The notes beneath the pieces are model-generated. The model was not told the DNA's origin and did not search any database. It saw only the letters and a program-made list of their open reading frames with translations. A program made the translations under genes and the position numbers. A stretch of DNA of 64,000 nt from Podarcis vaucheri (lineage: Eukaryota): assembly GCA_965113315.1 (NCBI GenBank), contig OZ220363.1; one strand, 5' to 3'. Each line of letters begins with the position of its first letter. The stretch's first letter is position 1. Positions 12,833-25,329 of this stretch are shown piece after piece.

Positions 12833-15329
12833 CTGACATATACTTTGAAACAAATGAGCAGAAATCCATCCCGGTGTTGATTTCAGGGCAGCTCAGCTCA
12901 AAAAGGCCTTAAGAGGCCCTATATGTTCCCATCTTGCCTCCCCCACTGACTCTTCTCTCTCTTTTCATCTTCTGAGTGCCTCTCCTTTCATGCCCACAAC
13001 ACTCATTTTGTTCTTGGGATGTTCCCAAACAAAAACTTCACAAACATGTGGTGGGAATTGTGGGCTTGATTCCAGTACTTCATAGTCCTGAAGGTGTGTG
13101 TTCTGAATTCTCTTCCGTAGCTTGTCCCCTTGCTCAGCTACTCTCAGGGGTTCAGCTGTAACTAGAAGGATACAGGAGTAGGAGAGGGATGTGGAAGAGT
13201 CATTTTTGTATGGAATTATGATTTATCATTTTATACTACTAATAAAAGGTGAAAAAAAATGGTGTGAAGTTGGCAGAAGGTAGGCTCAGTATCTCATTAG
13301 CATCTTTCTGTGTTGTTCGTTGAACACAAAGAGTTCTTTCTCTGTTTGAACAGTGACTCCTTTGCCCAAATCCATAGTCCATCACCTTCCATGTCTATCT
13401 TTTGATAGTGTTGTTGCTGTTGCTTAAATCTCAAGCCAGGGAAAATACATTATTTAGAACCTTTTCTTTTCTGAAAACTCTTAGGAAATGTTCTTTTCAA
13501 AACTTTAAATATTTAATTTGCACTTGGAACCTCAAGATCTTTTGGTTAGGACTGAGGCCACAAGTCATCCAAACTCTTTGTCTAAGAAAAACAAATGCTT
13601 GGTACGTATCTTTGTTTTTTGAGATTCCATAGTGCTGCTCTTTAAAAATGAGTCGATGGATGTTTCTTTATATGCTTGTTTCAGTGTTGTATAGATTTTG
13701 ATCTTAGCTGTTTAGCAGCTGACCTCTTGCAAAGCTTATCCTAATAGTTATAACAGTGAAGCTGAGCTCTTGTGATGACCTTGAGCTTACTCCAGTGCCA
13801 CACAACTTGTTCAAAGGATCAACGTGCAACAGAAAATAGCAAAACAGAAGTTATCCTGTGCATGGATCTCATAGGTTTTGGTAACAGCATTGTGTGGAGT
13901 GTACCACCCTGTTTTTCCCTTAGTGATCAATCCAGGGATCATCTTAGCACCTGCACAGTTTGTGAGCCTGAGCAATGCCACTTATGTGCCCAGAGTCTCC
14001 GTCCTGTTTACTAAATGGCAGCCATTTCCCTTTTTCAGAATGGGCTTTAATTTTACATTTAGTCTGTGGCTGCTGCGCCTTCACTCAACGACAGTCTGAC
14101 CTAATTTGGCACATATGACTAGGGGAATCTGCTCATCCATCTGGGTGAAGCAGATGGGTTGGCAAATATTGAAGTGCTGCTGGGAGCATGGGAATGAAAA
14201 TATCCCCTTCTACAACTCAGAAATGAGAAAAGCAGATAGTGCCGTGATGGTGAGCGCATGTGAAATACAAAGGATGCAAGCTGCCAGGCATACAGCTGTG
14301 CGCATGAGTTTGCCTCGTGGCCGAAAAGGAGGGATAAACTGTGCGTTCGACACTGCCCATTTGAAGGGAACGTTTCCTCAAGGGAATGTTTAATGCAGGG
14401 AACAACCAGTGCGGTGCCTTTCAGATGTGGTTGGTCTCCCAGTTCCAACTAGCATGACCAATAGCCAGGGACAGTGGGAGTTGTAGTTCAACAACATCTG
14501 GAGGGCACAGATTCTTACTGAAAACCTCTTGCCTTAGACTTCTCTCCTTCAGCTCACCTAAGTAGACTTGACAAAGAGTTCTCCTTTGGGAAACTTATCT
14601 ATTGTGCTTCTGTCCCATTTTCTGCTTTTTAGTTGTCTGCAGCTCTTATTGATCCTGTCACTTTATGTGGCTTTTGTTTAATAAGATAATAAAAGGGTCT
14701 TTTTGAAGGCAACCTGGGTCCTGTGGAGTACTATGGGTGCTGTCCTTTGATTTGCCACCCCAATGGGTATATGCGTCATTAGGAGCACAGCCCATTGCCC
14801 CAGCCCCCAACCCTAGGAACATTAAAATGAGAAGGGTGGTATTGGTCTCAAGCCCAGCATAAAGAAGGATGAACTCAAGAGTGAAAAGACCACAATAGTC
14901 AATAAACTTTCAAACCACAGAAAAGCTGGCGGAGGTGAGTGATTGACCGCCTTTCACATTGAGTTGTGCCTTCTGTCTGCCTGAACTGCTAAAGTTATCG
15001 ACAACCCACATGAAACTCCCATCAGCAGGCGTAAGGCTTTTGTTTTCACCGTTGTGTCTGGCTCCTTCACTCTCTCTCCCCTCCTCCCCCCCCCTCGCTC
15101 TTGCCTGTAGGGAGATGGAGGCCATTCCTTGCCTTTCAACAGCTGACTAAAGAAAGAGGAATCTACCTTCTCTGCTCCCTCCCCCTTTTGTTGGCATGGA
15201 CAGCCTCTACTGTGGTCTGAGTTTTCAAGGTGCAGGACTAGGAGCTGGCGGGAAGTCTTCTTGACTGCCGCAGTGCAGAAGCCTTTGCTGTGAAATAGGG
15301 ACAGCCCTGCTCTGAGATATGGTGCATTG

Positions 15330-15562
15330 CAGGGCTGGCCCACCCATGAGGCAAGGTGAGGCGGCTGCCTCAGGCAGCAGGATCCGCAGCCTCCAAGGAT
15401 TGCATTGCCCACTGCTACTGCATTCCCCCCTTGTCCCCATTGTAGATCTTCACCCCTCCCCCTTGTTTTTGATGTAGGTCTTCACTCACCCTTTCTTCCC
15501 TGGCGGGTGGGGAGGCATTCTGTGGTTTGTCTCAGGTGCCAAAATGTATTGGGCCGGCCCTG
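15330..15562. mobile_element. Non-autonomous hAT (Tip100-like) element
   Basis: Termini CAGGGCTGGCCC / GGGCCGGCCCTG; perfect 8-bp target duplication GTGCATTG. Confidence 0.85.
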
Positions 15563-16099
15563 GTGCATTGTGTGATATGATGTGGGAGCAACACCACCTC
15601 CTCTGAAAATACCTTCCAACTTTGGAGTTAAGCCTTGGACAATACATCTTTCCATATCTGCTCAGGCTGGACCATGCCCCCTGAATCTTTATGTCTTCTA
15701 TATAGGTACCCCACCTGCCCCACCACCATGGGTCATTGTTAGAAAACCTCCCCACCTTCCATTCTAGAAGCTCTGCAGTTGTGCTCCAGGTGTCATCCTG
15801 GAAAACACTAGTAGAACACTTCAAAGAAGGTGTCATTCCCATTGTGGGGTTTTAGTTTTAGAGTGATTTTGGCCCACTGGTACTTTGCCTATGCCAACCC
15901 AGTGGACTCACAACAAGTATCATCCTGAACAGCCCTGATTCACAGAACTGTGAAATGCAAATGGATAAAAGTAGGAAGCAGGCATTCTTCTGTGCAGAGT
16001 GAGAATGACACTGGTGTTTTATGGGCCTTTCCCCAATCTTGGGGCCTCAGCCAACGGCCAACAACACTCCCCTGAGGAGCCTGCCCTGGCAGATGTGGG

Positions 16100-16265
16100 G
16101 AACATAAGAAGCTCTGTTATGCGGACCTCTGATCCATCTAGCTCAGGCTTGTCTACACTGAATGGTAGTGACTCTCTCAGATTTCAGACTACCTCTCAGT
16201 CCTACTTGGAGATGCTGGGGATTGAACCTGGGACCTTCTGCAAGCAAAGCAGATCCTTGACCACT
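16100..16265 (-). mobile_element. tRNA-derived SINE (Squam2-like)
   Basis: GGGATTGAACCTGGGACCTTCTGCAAGCAAAGC (reverse B box); related copies near 4650-4770, 35580-35700, 59570-59705 (-) and 59985-60125 (+). Confidence 0.55.
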
Positions 16266-19200
16266 TAGTAAAGGGCCTTATAATGTCACCTTTCTTTTGC
16301 AGTTGCCAACACTCAGGAGAGCTCAAAATGTATTTAGAGTTGCATTCTGCAAGCTGGCTCCACCTCTCAGGGGCAGACCCTGGCACTGTCCATTTGTCAC
16401 CGAAGTGGTGAACGACATCATCAACCTTCCTCTGAAAGGAAAGGAGGCACTTTTTTTCTTGTTAGAACAAGGATATGAAAAACAAAACAAAACAAAGATG
16501 CTCTTTTTCACTTCCAAGATTCCCTTCAGTTGCAAGCCAGCCTGAGTAATAAGAGTGTATTTGGCTGGAATTGTTCTTGGGTTTTTTTTTGGGGGGGGGG
16601 CGAGAATGTGCACACTCTAGAGAGCTCCCTGTCTTGCATCTGACTGTGAATACAGCAGGAGCATCAAATGATTATATCACTCAGTGTGCAACACTACTTT
16701 TAAAGCTTCAGCCTCTGAACAGTCTTGGAGAAAAAAGTTTTAAAGCCCCACTAAGCTACATGATGATGACGACGATGGTGATGTATTAAATTTATATACT
16801 GCCCTTCATCCGAAGATGGCAGATTCTGCTCTGCCCACCATGGTGAATGATGAGGGCTTGGCTTCAAACTAAGATATCTTTTCTGATGCCTCCAATCCCC
16901 AGGAACTGCGGTGAGGAGAAAGAATACGATGGGAGCTTATAAGAGAAGCAGGGAAGCAGCGAAACAGTGCTGGTGTCAAGAAGTGTGAAGGATCAATTAC
17001 ATTCCCGACTTGATATTTAGTTTTCTGATGGTCTAAACCCATCAGTCCATTAGTTTCAACACAGCTAAAGGTGGGACTTGACCCAAACGGTGTTATTTAA
17101 ATGCCGTCTGCCCTTATTTAAAACCAAGACTGCTGGGGCGGGGGTGAGGAGAGGAATTATGCCTTTCTATGTCTTCATTGTTCAGCAGCTGGAAAAATGC
17201 TGCTGTGGTTGTGTGAGGTCCCTCTGGAAGAAAAAGAAAAGTTTTGGCGAGTATGGAATGGAAAGGAATGATCTGGCTGTGTCCCTGGTCTCCTCCCCTT
17301 TGGGCAGAACTGTCTCTTTTTCTCTCTCCCTCTCTCCCTCCAGCTGCACTCTTTTTCCACTCCCTTCTGTCATTCTGCCTCTTTCCCCACCTCTTTCCCT
17401 CCCTCCTGCTCCCCCCCACCACTCCCCAACTCTCTGTGCCTCTCAGTGACTTGTGTTGAGCATTTCAGTGGCTGGGAGCTCCCAGCAGCCCTCCTTCTTC
17501 CATGCTCCGGTCACTCAGCCTCTTCTGTGATGTCATTTCTGAAATCACATAACTACGGGATGATAAGTGGAGCCCTCGGGATCTGACTGGCTGAAATTAC
17601 AGACAGGGTTTTATCCCACTCGCTTCCTACAAGCCAGGGGGAAAATAAACCTCACTCCCATGCCTGACAGATGGAAAGGCAGTGTGCTCCAGCAGGGTCT
17701 TCCAGGAGCAGCCGCTGCAAACTTCAGCTCTGAAGAATAAATAGCCAAGCCCAGATTCTCTCCAGCTGCGGAGAGGCTTTCCTGTGCGGTGAGTTTACCT
17801 TCCCTGTCTTGGGGTTCAGTTTTTCTCTTGGGATGATCTGTGCTCAGAATGTTCAGTACTTCCCACCTGGGATGATGGTGCTGGGAGACAAGGAGCAGTT
17901 TCCTGGTATTGCAGCAGCCTCATAGCAGATGCTAGGCTGGCACTGAGGTTCAGAGTACAGAGTGCACACAGCTTTCCTGGTGGAACTGCGGCATAGCTTT
18001 GCCCCCTCAGGGTCTTTGCCTACCTACAAAGAGTGCATCTTGTGCAGGCCACTCTAACTGCAGGCAAACTGGAAATCTGCCAAGGGCAAGCCACTTTCTG
18101 ATTATAATTATCATTGTTTTTTTGTGTGTTTTTTTTTGCAACATACACAAATAGAAGCCTTGTAGCATTAACTTGATTGAACTTGTGTGAGTTAATCTTC
18201 ACAGCATGCCCACTCAAGGTGTTTTCATTATCTGCCATGTGTTAAGACTTGTCACACAGTTTCTTGGGATGGCACAAGGGTGACAGGATGCAAAAGCTTT
18301 ACCTAGAGGTTTCTGGGTGCAAATCAGTACTCTCTGGGGTCAGTGGGGGCTGGCGGGCTGAATCATACCAAACGTACCTTTCCGGGTACATACTACATAC
18401 AGGTTGAAAGCTGAACCCAGTGCTAACTGCAGTTCTCAGGGAATAGGAACTGAACTCTGAAGAATAAATCCAGCCTCCCCAATCCCAGCCCACCCAAAGC
18501 TGAATATTTGATCTTGTACTCTCTTGTCTTAGGGGTTGTTGTTTACTCCGACATGTAAACGATTCCTTCTCGTTCGTATTTTTACGCAGGGATGCAGCTG
18601 ACGCCACCCAGGCTTGCAAAAAGTATATTTGGAATTGACTTTCATTTCATTTTCATTTCCAGAAAGCTGGACTCTGTGCCAATTGGCACCACTGCCTTTC
18701 TTACTGCTGCTTCTTTTTATATCTTTTGTCTATCAGGACATGGACTTGTTCCTTTTTGTATGTGGGGTGAGGGGTGCAAGATATGTGGCCAAGGATGCAG
18801 AGAGACAGAAAACTGCTTGACTATACTGGTATATTATTTTCAATTTTGGTGAAAGAAGTGTGGCTTCAAAGGCTGGGTGTGGTATATGCCCACCTGGCTA
18901 GGCTGGTCAATATCCATCAGTGAAGCAGAGAGCGGGGGTGAGATCCGGAGGGGAAAGGGCTTGTTTTCTTCTGGTGTTGAGATCCCTGTTCTTGCATCTG
19001 AATCAATACAGATAGCTCCAGCTACTTCTTCCCCCTTTCATACCATCGCAGTATCAAATGCCTCTGACAGCTCTGGCAGCTGGGTCAATAAACAAATGGG
19101 TGTTCTTCCTCCTCCCTTCATGTCACTTGACTGAATAGCTCTGCTGGCACTCATTACCGTAACAGAGGAGATGGACAAGAGGGGCACCTGTTACTAGTAA

Positions 19201-19409
19201 GCTGGGCATCGCAACAGGTTTTTGTTGTTGTTTAGCTTCTGGGGAATTGGCCCTTGTGTTAGCTGGAAACAATCACTGAGTGCGTGCAGGAGAGAGAGAC
19301 AAACAAAATGTTAAAATAAATCTATTGACAGAGGGCATTTGAGGGTGGTTTCAACCTGTGGATTCCTGTTTGTGGCACATATGGTGATTCTCCATCATAA
19401 TAGGGTGCC

Positions 19410-19419
19410 CCTATTATGG
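19410..19419. promoter_or_regulatory. CArG box (SRF site) within an inverted repeat
   Basis: CCTATTATGG fits CC(A/T)6GG; near-CArG TCATAATAGG at 19395-19404. Confidence 0.35.
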
Positions 19420-22400
19420 CGGTAATGTTGATCTCTCTTTGAAGAGCTCACAGAGATAGCAAACAGAGGCAATGAGGAGCACTACAGTTGTTCACCTGCC
19501 TGGATCTTTCATTTCATTGTAGTTTCACAAGTCTGCTGACTGGTTTTTGCCTATTGGAAGCAAAACCTTATATTCAGGAGGCTCAAAAAGCATGAACTTT
19601 GGAGGTAAAACCCATGACTTATGCGGCAGCTGTTTACCTGTGAGAGCAGCCTGTGCAGAAAGACAGCGGGGGGGGGGGAGGAGAGAGAACACACAATGGC
19701 CTTTGTGCTGGGTTAGTAGTTGCCTCTAGGGAAGGAAGAGGGTGCCAGAGGTTTTTATGTGGCTGCGCCCCCATTGCTCGATGCACTGGACCTCTGTGTG
19801 GTCCAGTAGCCCCTCTGGATTAGGTTTGAAAATGCCAATGTGAAAGCAGACTTAAACTGCACATCGTTTCTGTACCATAATGCCACCTCTAAGGAGAAAC
19901 ATAGACAACCCAAATTTTGTTGATTTTATCTATAACTTTTGATAAAACACTTTACAGTATTTTATGTAAACTGCTAAGATGCTTTTCTTTTTCTTTTGAT
20001 CAAGTGGTCCATTGCATTTTGTTACGTAGAATAAACAGCCCCAACAGTTTCCCGCATCTGCTGCTGTTATGTAAAACAACAAAATGGTGGGCACTCCTGA
20101 TCATAGATGCTGAATTGCATCTGACTTGGCCATGATCTGTCATACCTTGATGTGAACTTCTCGCTTGCCACAAATATTGTTAGGCCCATTTTCATCCTCA
20201 ACAGTGAGGGTACACAGCAACGTAAGCCCTATGGAACCGAGGCACCCAGCACATCCTCAAGTCCCCCCACCCTTCTTTTGCTAAGTGGCCTGTGGCATGT
20301 TCAGACTGGCAGGATGGTGGTCGACTAAGTTCTACTCAAAGTAGACCAGTTGGTATTAATAAACATAACTTAGTGGTGCTAATTAATTTCAGTGAGCTGA
20401 CTTTGAGGAAAGCTTAACGGAATACCATCCTCAGTATTTTGTGGGAGGGATTCAAGTGTCTGCCGGAACTTTAGGTTTGCACAGTTAAAGTGGATTACAG
20501 GCTTCTGTCACCCTTGCATAGCAAATCCACTAAAAAGGGAAAAGAACCCCCCCCCCCAAAAAAAAACTTTTTGTGATTTGGAAAGTGATGGAGAAATGTG
20601 TTGAAAAATGCATGAACACATGTGAATCGGGTTGAATGCTCATTGCCATATAACTGTTCTGTAACACATTGGAACAAGTGCTGAATAAAGACCAGACATA
20701 GTCTAACGGCTGGGTAAGCTCCGTGCAAGCAGATCAGGGTGAATGGTAAATAAACAGATCCTCTTAATGTGCTCTTTCCCCTCTGAAAATGGCATTGCAG
20801 GGGAAAGGGATGAGTCTCTTTCCTCTGTGTCCCCTACTAATGTTACTGTGGGTCTTTCAAATAGGATGACACTCAGGGTGCATTCTGAGATGTTTTCTGG
20901 CTGTGTTTGCAATTTAAAAATAATCACTTGAGCTTGGCAGAAGGATAACTTTGAGAGGGTTCTACTGGCACCAATAGGAGAATGCTGGTCCCATTGACCA
21001 AATAAAGATACATGTGTCCCCCCCTTTTTCTTTTGTTCCTCTGTTTCCTATTGGTGCCTCCTGCCCCATGTGCTTAATACAGCAGCAACACGAAGAGACC
21101 TGGACAAATTCACCCATGGCCACAGTTCCATTTTTCTCCACACAAACTAGCTGAGGGAGGTAGTTAGAGATCTGGAGAGCTGGTGTTCCTTCAAGAAAAG
21201 TGAGGAGTGGAGTGAACTTTCTCCTCCAGTATTACTTTGTGGCTTCCCCACAAAGTTCACCAGTTGATTTGAGGGCTATGTGTGTGGTTGCCCAGCCCTT
21301 GGGAAGAATGTTAGAGCTTCGTCCCATCTTTTTTAAAGCGAAGTGGGAGGCATGCCAGCCGATGGGCAACCTGGGCTACAAATAACCATTGTGGGAAAAG
21401 GTCAGTTTAGAGAAGCTATGTGTGGAGAGCTGCTTCTCAAAAGGGGCCAGAAATTATTTGATAGTCTTGGGTCAGCTGGATACATAGAAAACACTGGGAA
21501 GTAAGCTAGTATATTTTATGGCTGCAGCTTGTGAATACATATGTCTGCGTTCTCTGGAAAACAGTTACTTTAAATAAATTTTGGAATGGTGCTGAATGTG
21601 TATCTGTACCACTGTCCCATAATTGCTGGTGTATGAAAGAATGTACGTTATTTGCCGCTGCTTCTCTGGGCATATACTGGTTAAGCACTACTGTCTCTGT
21701 GTGTATTTCTTGATGGTTACTCTGTGTATACACATATAAAAAGTGTGATTGTTGCTTTTGAGTAGTATTTTATATGCAATTGGTGGTGGTGGTGGTTATT
21801 CTGAGTCCATGTCTGTTCCCGTTTGCTGAATATCTGTGTGTGTCCACATGCACTGTTCTGCTACACCCACCCACACCCCTATAAACACCCAAGTTTGGTA
21901 TTCTCTTCTCTCTTTTTAAAGTATTCTACAGCTTTAGTACCTAAGAAAGAGGGGAACGAAGTAGGGCATGCTCTCAGTGAAGACAACACAACTTTACTTG
22001 GTTGTCTGCCTTGTGTGATGGTTGGTCTAAACCCATTTTCATTTTATGCCCCCTGCTTCTGTGTGTTTGTGTGCGCACATGCTTTTGCTTAGGTAGTGTT
22101 CTGTAGGAAAGAAATTGGGCTTCCTGCTGGCAGGTTAGAACTTCGAAGCAGTTACGGAAGTGCTTGCTGTTTGCAGATAGGAACCCTATGACTTCACACT
22201 CTTCCATTAGGCCATCCTCCGTTCCTGAAGTCAATCCTTGGCTTATGGCCAGATAGAAGTCACTTTTTCCCCCTAAATGAAAGCATTCCATATTGTGGTG
22301 CAACCAGTTCCAGGAAACCTCACAGGAGACCTAAGAAAAAGGCAGAACGTTTCTGCGTGAGAAAGAAAGGATCCTCCAGTATGAGCTGGAACTCATGTTG

Positions 22401-22611
22401 AAACAATCCTATATCCCAAATTGCTTTGTTTTCTGTGCAATTAAACATTGCCTTTTTTATGTTTCATGAGCCCACTTCATGCATGCTTAAAATCCCTACA
22501 TGGAGCAGTCCTGAAACCTCAGCTGCAAAGAGAAAGTTATGTGTGATCTAATGAGACCATATAGTTTTCCATTGATGACTACACAAGCACAAGAGTATAA
22601 TTAAAAATGTT

Positions 22612-22727
22612 AAAATAAAAAAATTCCTTCCAGTAGCACCTTAAAGACCAACTAAGTTAGTTCTTGGTATGAGCTTTCGTGTGCATGCACACTTCTTCAG
22701 ATACTTCTTCAGATACTTCTTCAGATA
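22612..22727. mobile_element. Penelope-like element terminal (pseudo-LTR) fragment containing the hammerhead
   Basis: CCAGTAGCACCTTAAAGACCAACTAAG is shared with the 50932-51066 insertion; flanked by AAAAATGTT direct repeats (22603-22611, 22728-22736); 12-mer ACTTCTTCAGAT x3 at 22691-22726. Confidence 0.7.
22667..22704 (-). ncRNA. Minimal type-I hammerhead ribozyme motif (Penelope-associated)
   Basis: Minus strand reads GUAU-CUGAAGA-A-GUGUG(CAUG)CACAC-GAAA-GC-UC-AUAC: stem I GUAU/AUAC, CUGANGA box, 5-bp stem II, GAAA box, palindromic AGCU in place of stem III, UC cleavage site. Confidence 0.75.
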
Positions 22728-23147
22728 AAAAATGTTGTTGTTGCTGCTACGTAATAATGTATTAGATGCCATGGTTTTAAGTCATGGCTTCTTAGAATGA
22801 TTAAAAACATATAAACAGCATAATCACAGTCATGGTAACAGCAGTAAAAGTATTGTAGATCAATAGTTCACAGCCAACTATTTAAATGTAAGGCCTTAAA
22901 ATCAAGTTTGCTATCTATAAAATCACCTTTTTAAAAGCAGTCCTGAACAAAGACCTTTTTAAGAACCCGGGGGGGGAGGGGGGCTCATCATTTATCTGGG
23001 GGTGGGTGGGAGAGTAATCCATAGTTTTTGGGCTGCCTCAGATAAGGTCTCATCTGCTGTACCAGCCAGGCAGCCTGACCTCCCTTCCTGGTGGGCACAT
23101 GAACAGAACTTTGGTGGCTGATCTCAAATCCTTGACAGGTTATCCTT

Positions 23148-23400
23148 GAGAGCCAGTGTGGTGTAGTGGTTAAGAGCGGTAGTCTCGTAATCTGGGAAAC
23201 CGGGTTCGTGTCTCCGCTCCTCCACATGCAGCTGCTGGGTGACCTTGGGCCAGTCACACTTCTCTGAAGTCTCTCAGCCCCACTCACCTCACAGAGTGTT
23301 TGTTGTGGGGGAGGAAGGGAAAGGAGATTGTTAGCCGCTTTGAGACTCCTGAAGGGGAGTGAAAGGCGGGATATCAAATCCAAACTCTTCTCTTCTTCTT
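23148..23400 (+). mobile_element. tRNA-derived SINE (Squam3-like)
   Basis: A box TGGTGTAGTGG, B-box-like GGTTCG, CORE-like GGGTGACCTTGGGCCAGTCAC, (CTT)n tail; highly similar to 10555-10799. Confidence 0.85.
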
Positions 23401-23783
23401 ACAGTACAGGTCACAGGTGCCCCTTTGATTTACTTGGTCCCAGATGTTTCAGGAGGACTTTAATGGTCACTATTAGGGCATATAGGCAGACAGTGCAGCT
23501 GAGGCAAAGTAGGTGGGTCCTCTGTGCCCACATGAACTGTCACCAGTGTCTTGACTATAATAGTATAATAGACTATAAGACTATAATAGATTGTCCAAAG
23601 AAGGCGGGGAAAACCTGTTGCTGCGTAATCCCATGACTGAGGAGATCAAATATCTCCTCAAAACATTGCTGCCTTACCTTGCAAACCACCTGCAGCATGA
23701 GGTTCATCTCTAGATCTGTCTATACAATTCTTTAGTGCCCATGATGCTAGTGAAAATTAGATGGACCTTCCGCTTGCTTGTTT

Positions 23784-23808
23784 ATTCATTCATTCATTCA
23801 TTCATTCA
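23784..23808. repeat. (ATTC)n microsatellite
   Basis: Directly visible. Confidence 0.9.
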
Positions 23809-25329
23809 TCCATTTAACATGATTTATATACCGCTTAATCTGAGAAACCTCCAAGTGGTTTATACAAAACAGTCTTACGGTGAGCAAAAAGTGTAAAATG
23901 TTCTCCGCCACAAACACACACATTTCTTAAAAGCATTCCCAGTGCTATTCATACCCATGTTTCTTTTCACTAGGTTGATATCATTTTATTTTATTTTATT
24001 TGGTTAGGTTCTCTTTTCTGAAGTGACCCCATCCAGTCAAGCATCACTATTAGTGAGTGCCAGGCTTGCCTAATTCCAACTGAATTCAGAGAGAAGGCAG
24101 TGCTTCCTGCATTGCATGACCCTCACTCTTAATGGGCATTTGTGGGGAAGGCAGAACACAGCAACCACTTAAATGGGTATGAAGAGGAAGGTAAATTCCT
24201 GCACTTGCAACTACAAACACTTTTTCTCCCTTTCAAGCTCCCTCTCTCATCACTGAAAAGAGGAGAAGAGGTGCCGATTATAGATTAAAGTGTTAGTGAG
24301 AAGTGCCCCCCTCCATTTTAACTTGGCCCTGGCCTTCAAAACATCTTAATCAAAAGCAGAATGAAATATTAGCAGGAGAGCTCTTTTTATCCCCATCAAG
24401 ACCATTTGTTTTATTTTGGACTGCAAAGTGAACACAATGCTTTTTTTAGTTGGTGGAATCAGATTGTTGTTGTTGTTGTTGTTTTGCTGTTTAAAAAAGC
24501 ATTGTTGCTTGAATTAAGGTAAAATGCCAGATGAATTTTCATGTTCCTCTGAGCAGGAACACTTGGGCTACTTTTGCTCTTACGGTAAAGTTCCAAACCT
24601 ATAGAATGGAAGCAGGTGGTTGGCTTCCCTCTTATGAGAAGGTTGCATGTTCTGAGCCTTTGGTTGGAGGATCCAGCCTTGGTGCTACGTCAGGGTTATA
24701 CAACATCAGGGCTGTACGACAGGTGACTCACCAAACCTAACACAACCCATCAGCTGCATATTGGGGCCTGCCTGTGCCTAAAAGCCCCCCTGGTCATGCA
24801 GCAAAAATAGGATTATTGAAGTCCTTTGTCTTGGTGGGTCACAACTTGTGCAGACTTGACTAGAGGATCTTCTGGTCTCAGCCTTTTCATGGTGTCCCAA
24901 CCATTCTCAACTTGCTTACCTCTTGCTAAAGAGGTTTCATGTATCCTGGGATCAATACAGGTACATTTGCTACAAAACATGCTGTGTTTTGTAATAGCAG
25001 GTCAAGAAGAAAATAGCCAGCAAATGTGTTTTACTCCAGTAGCCGCCAGCACTTCTCTGGCTGCGATTAGGTCCTGTGGGAGCAGAACATGGCAGGGGCT
25101 GTGCTACCATCAGAGAGACACACTGGCGTCTCTTGTCTTCAGAGGCCTGGAGGGCACAGGATGTGATAATGCTTGGCAGCTGGTTGGCAGGGTCGCAGTG
25201 TCCCTTCTCATTGTAGCTAAATGCAGACGACCAGCCCAGGTATTGTTTATGTCTTAATTGGAACACATAAGCTTTTGCAGCATAACAGCTATTGATTTTC
25301 CTGTCTCCCTTCTCTTTTCCTCCATGCAG

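Noticed and set aside
22691-22726. CRISPR-like repeat array
   Set aside because: Spacer-less tandem 12-mer in vertebrate DNA.
23148-23225. tRNA gene
   Set aside because: The A/B boxes belong to a SINE head that continues into CORE and tail; no complete cloverleaf.
1-25329. Upstream TNS1 PTP/C2 coding exons
   Set aside because: I looked for the preceding exon (SVDYNT.DPLIRWDSY) and C2 motifs and did not find them; the region is treated as intron.
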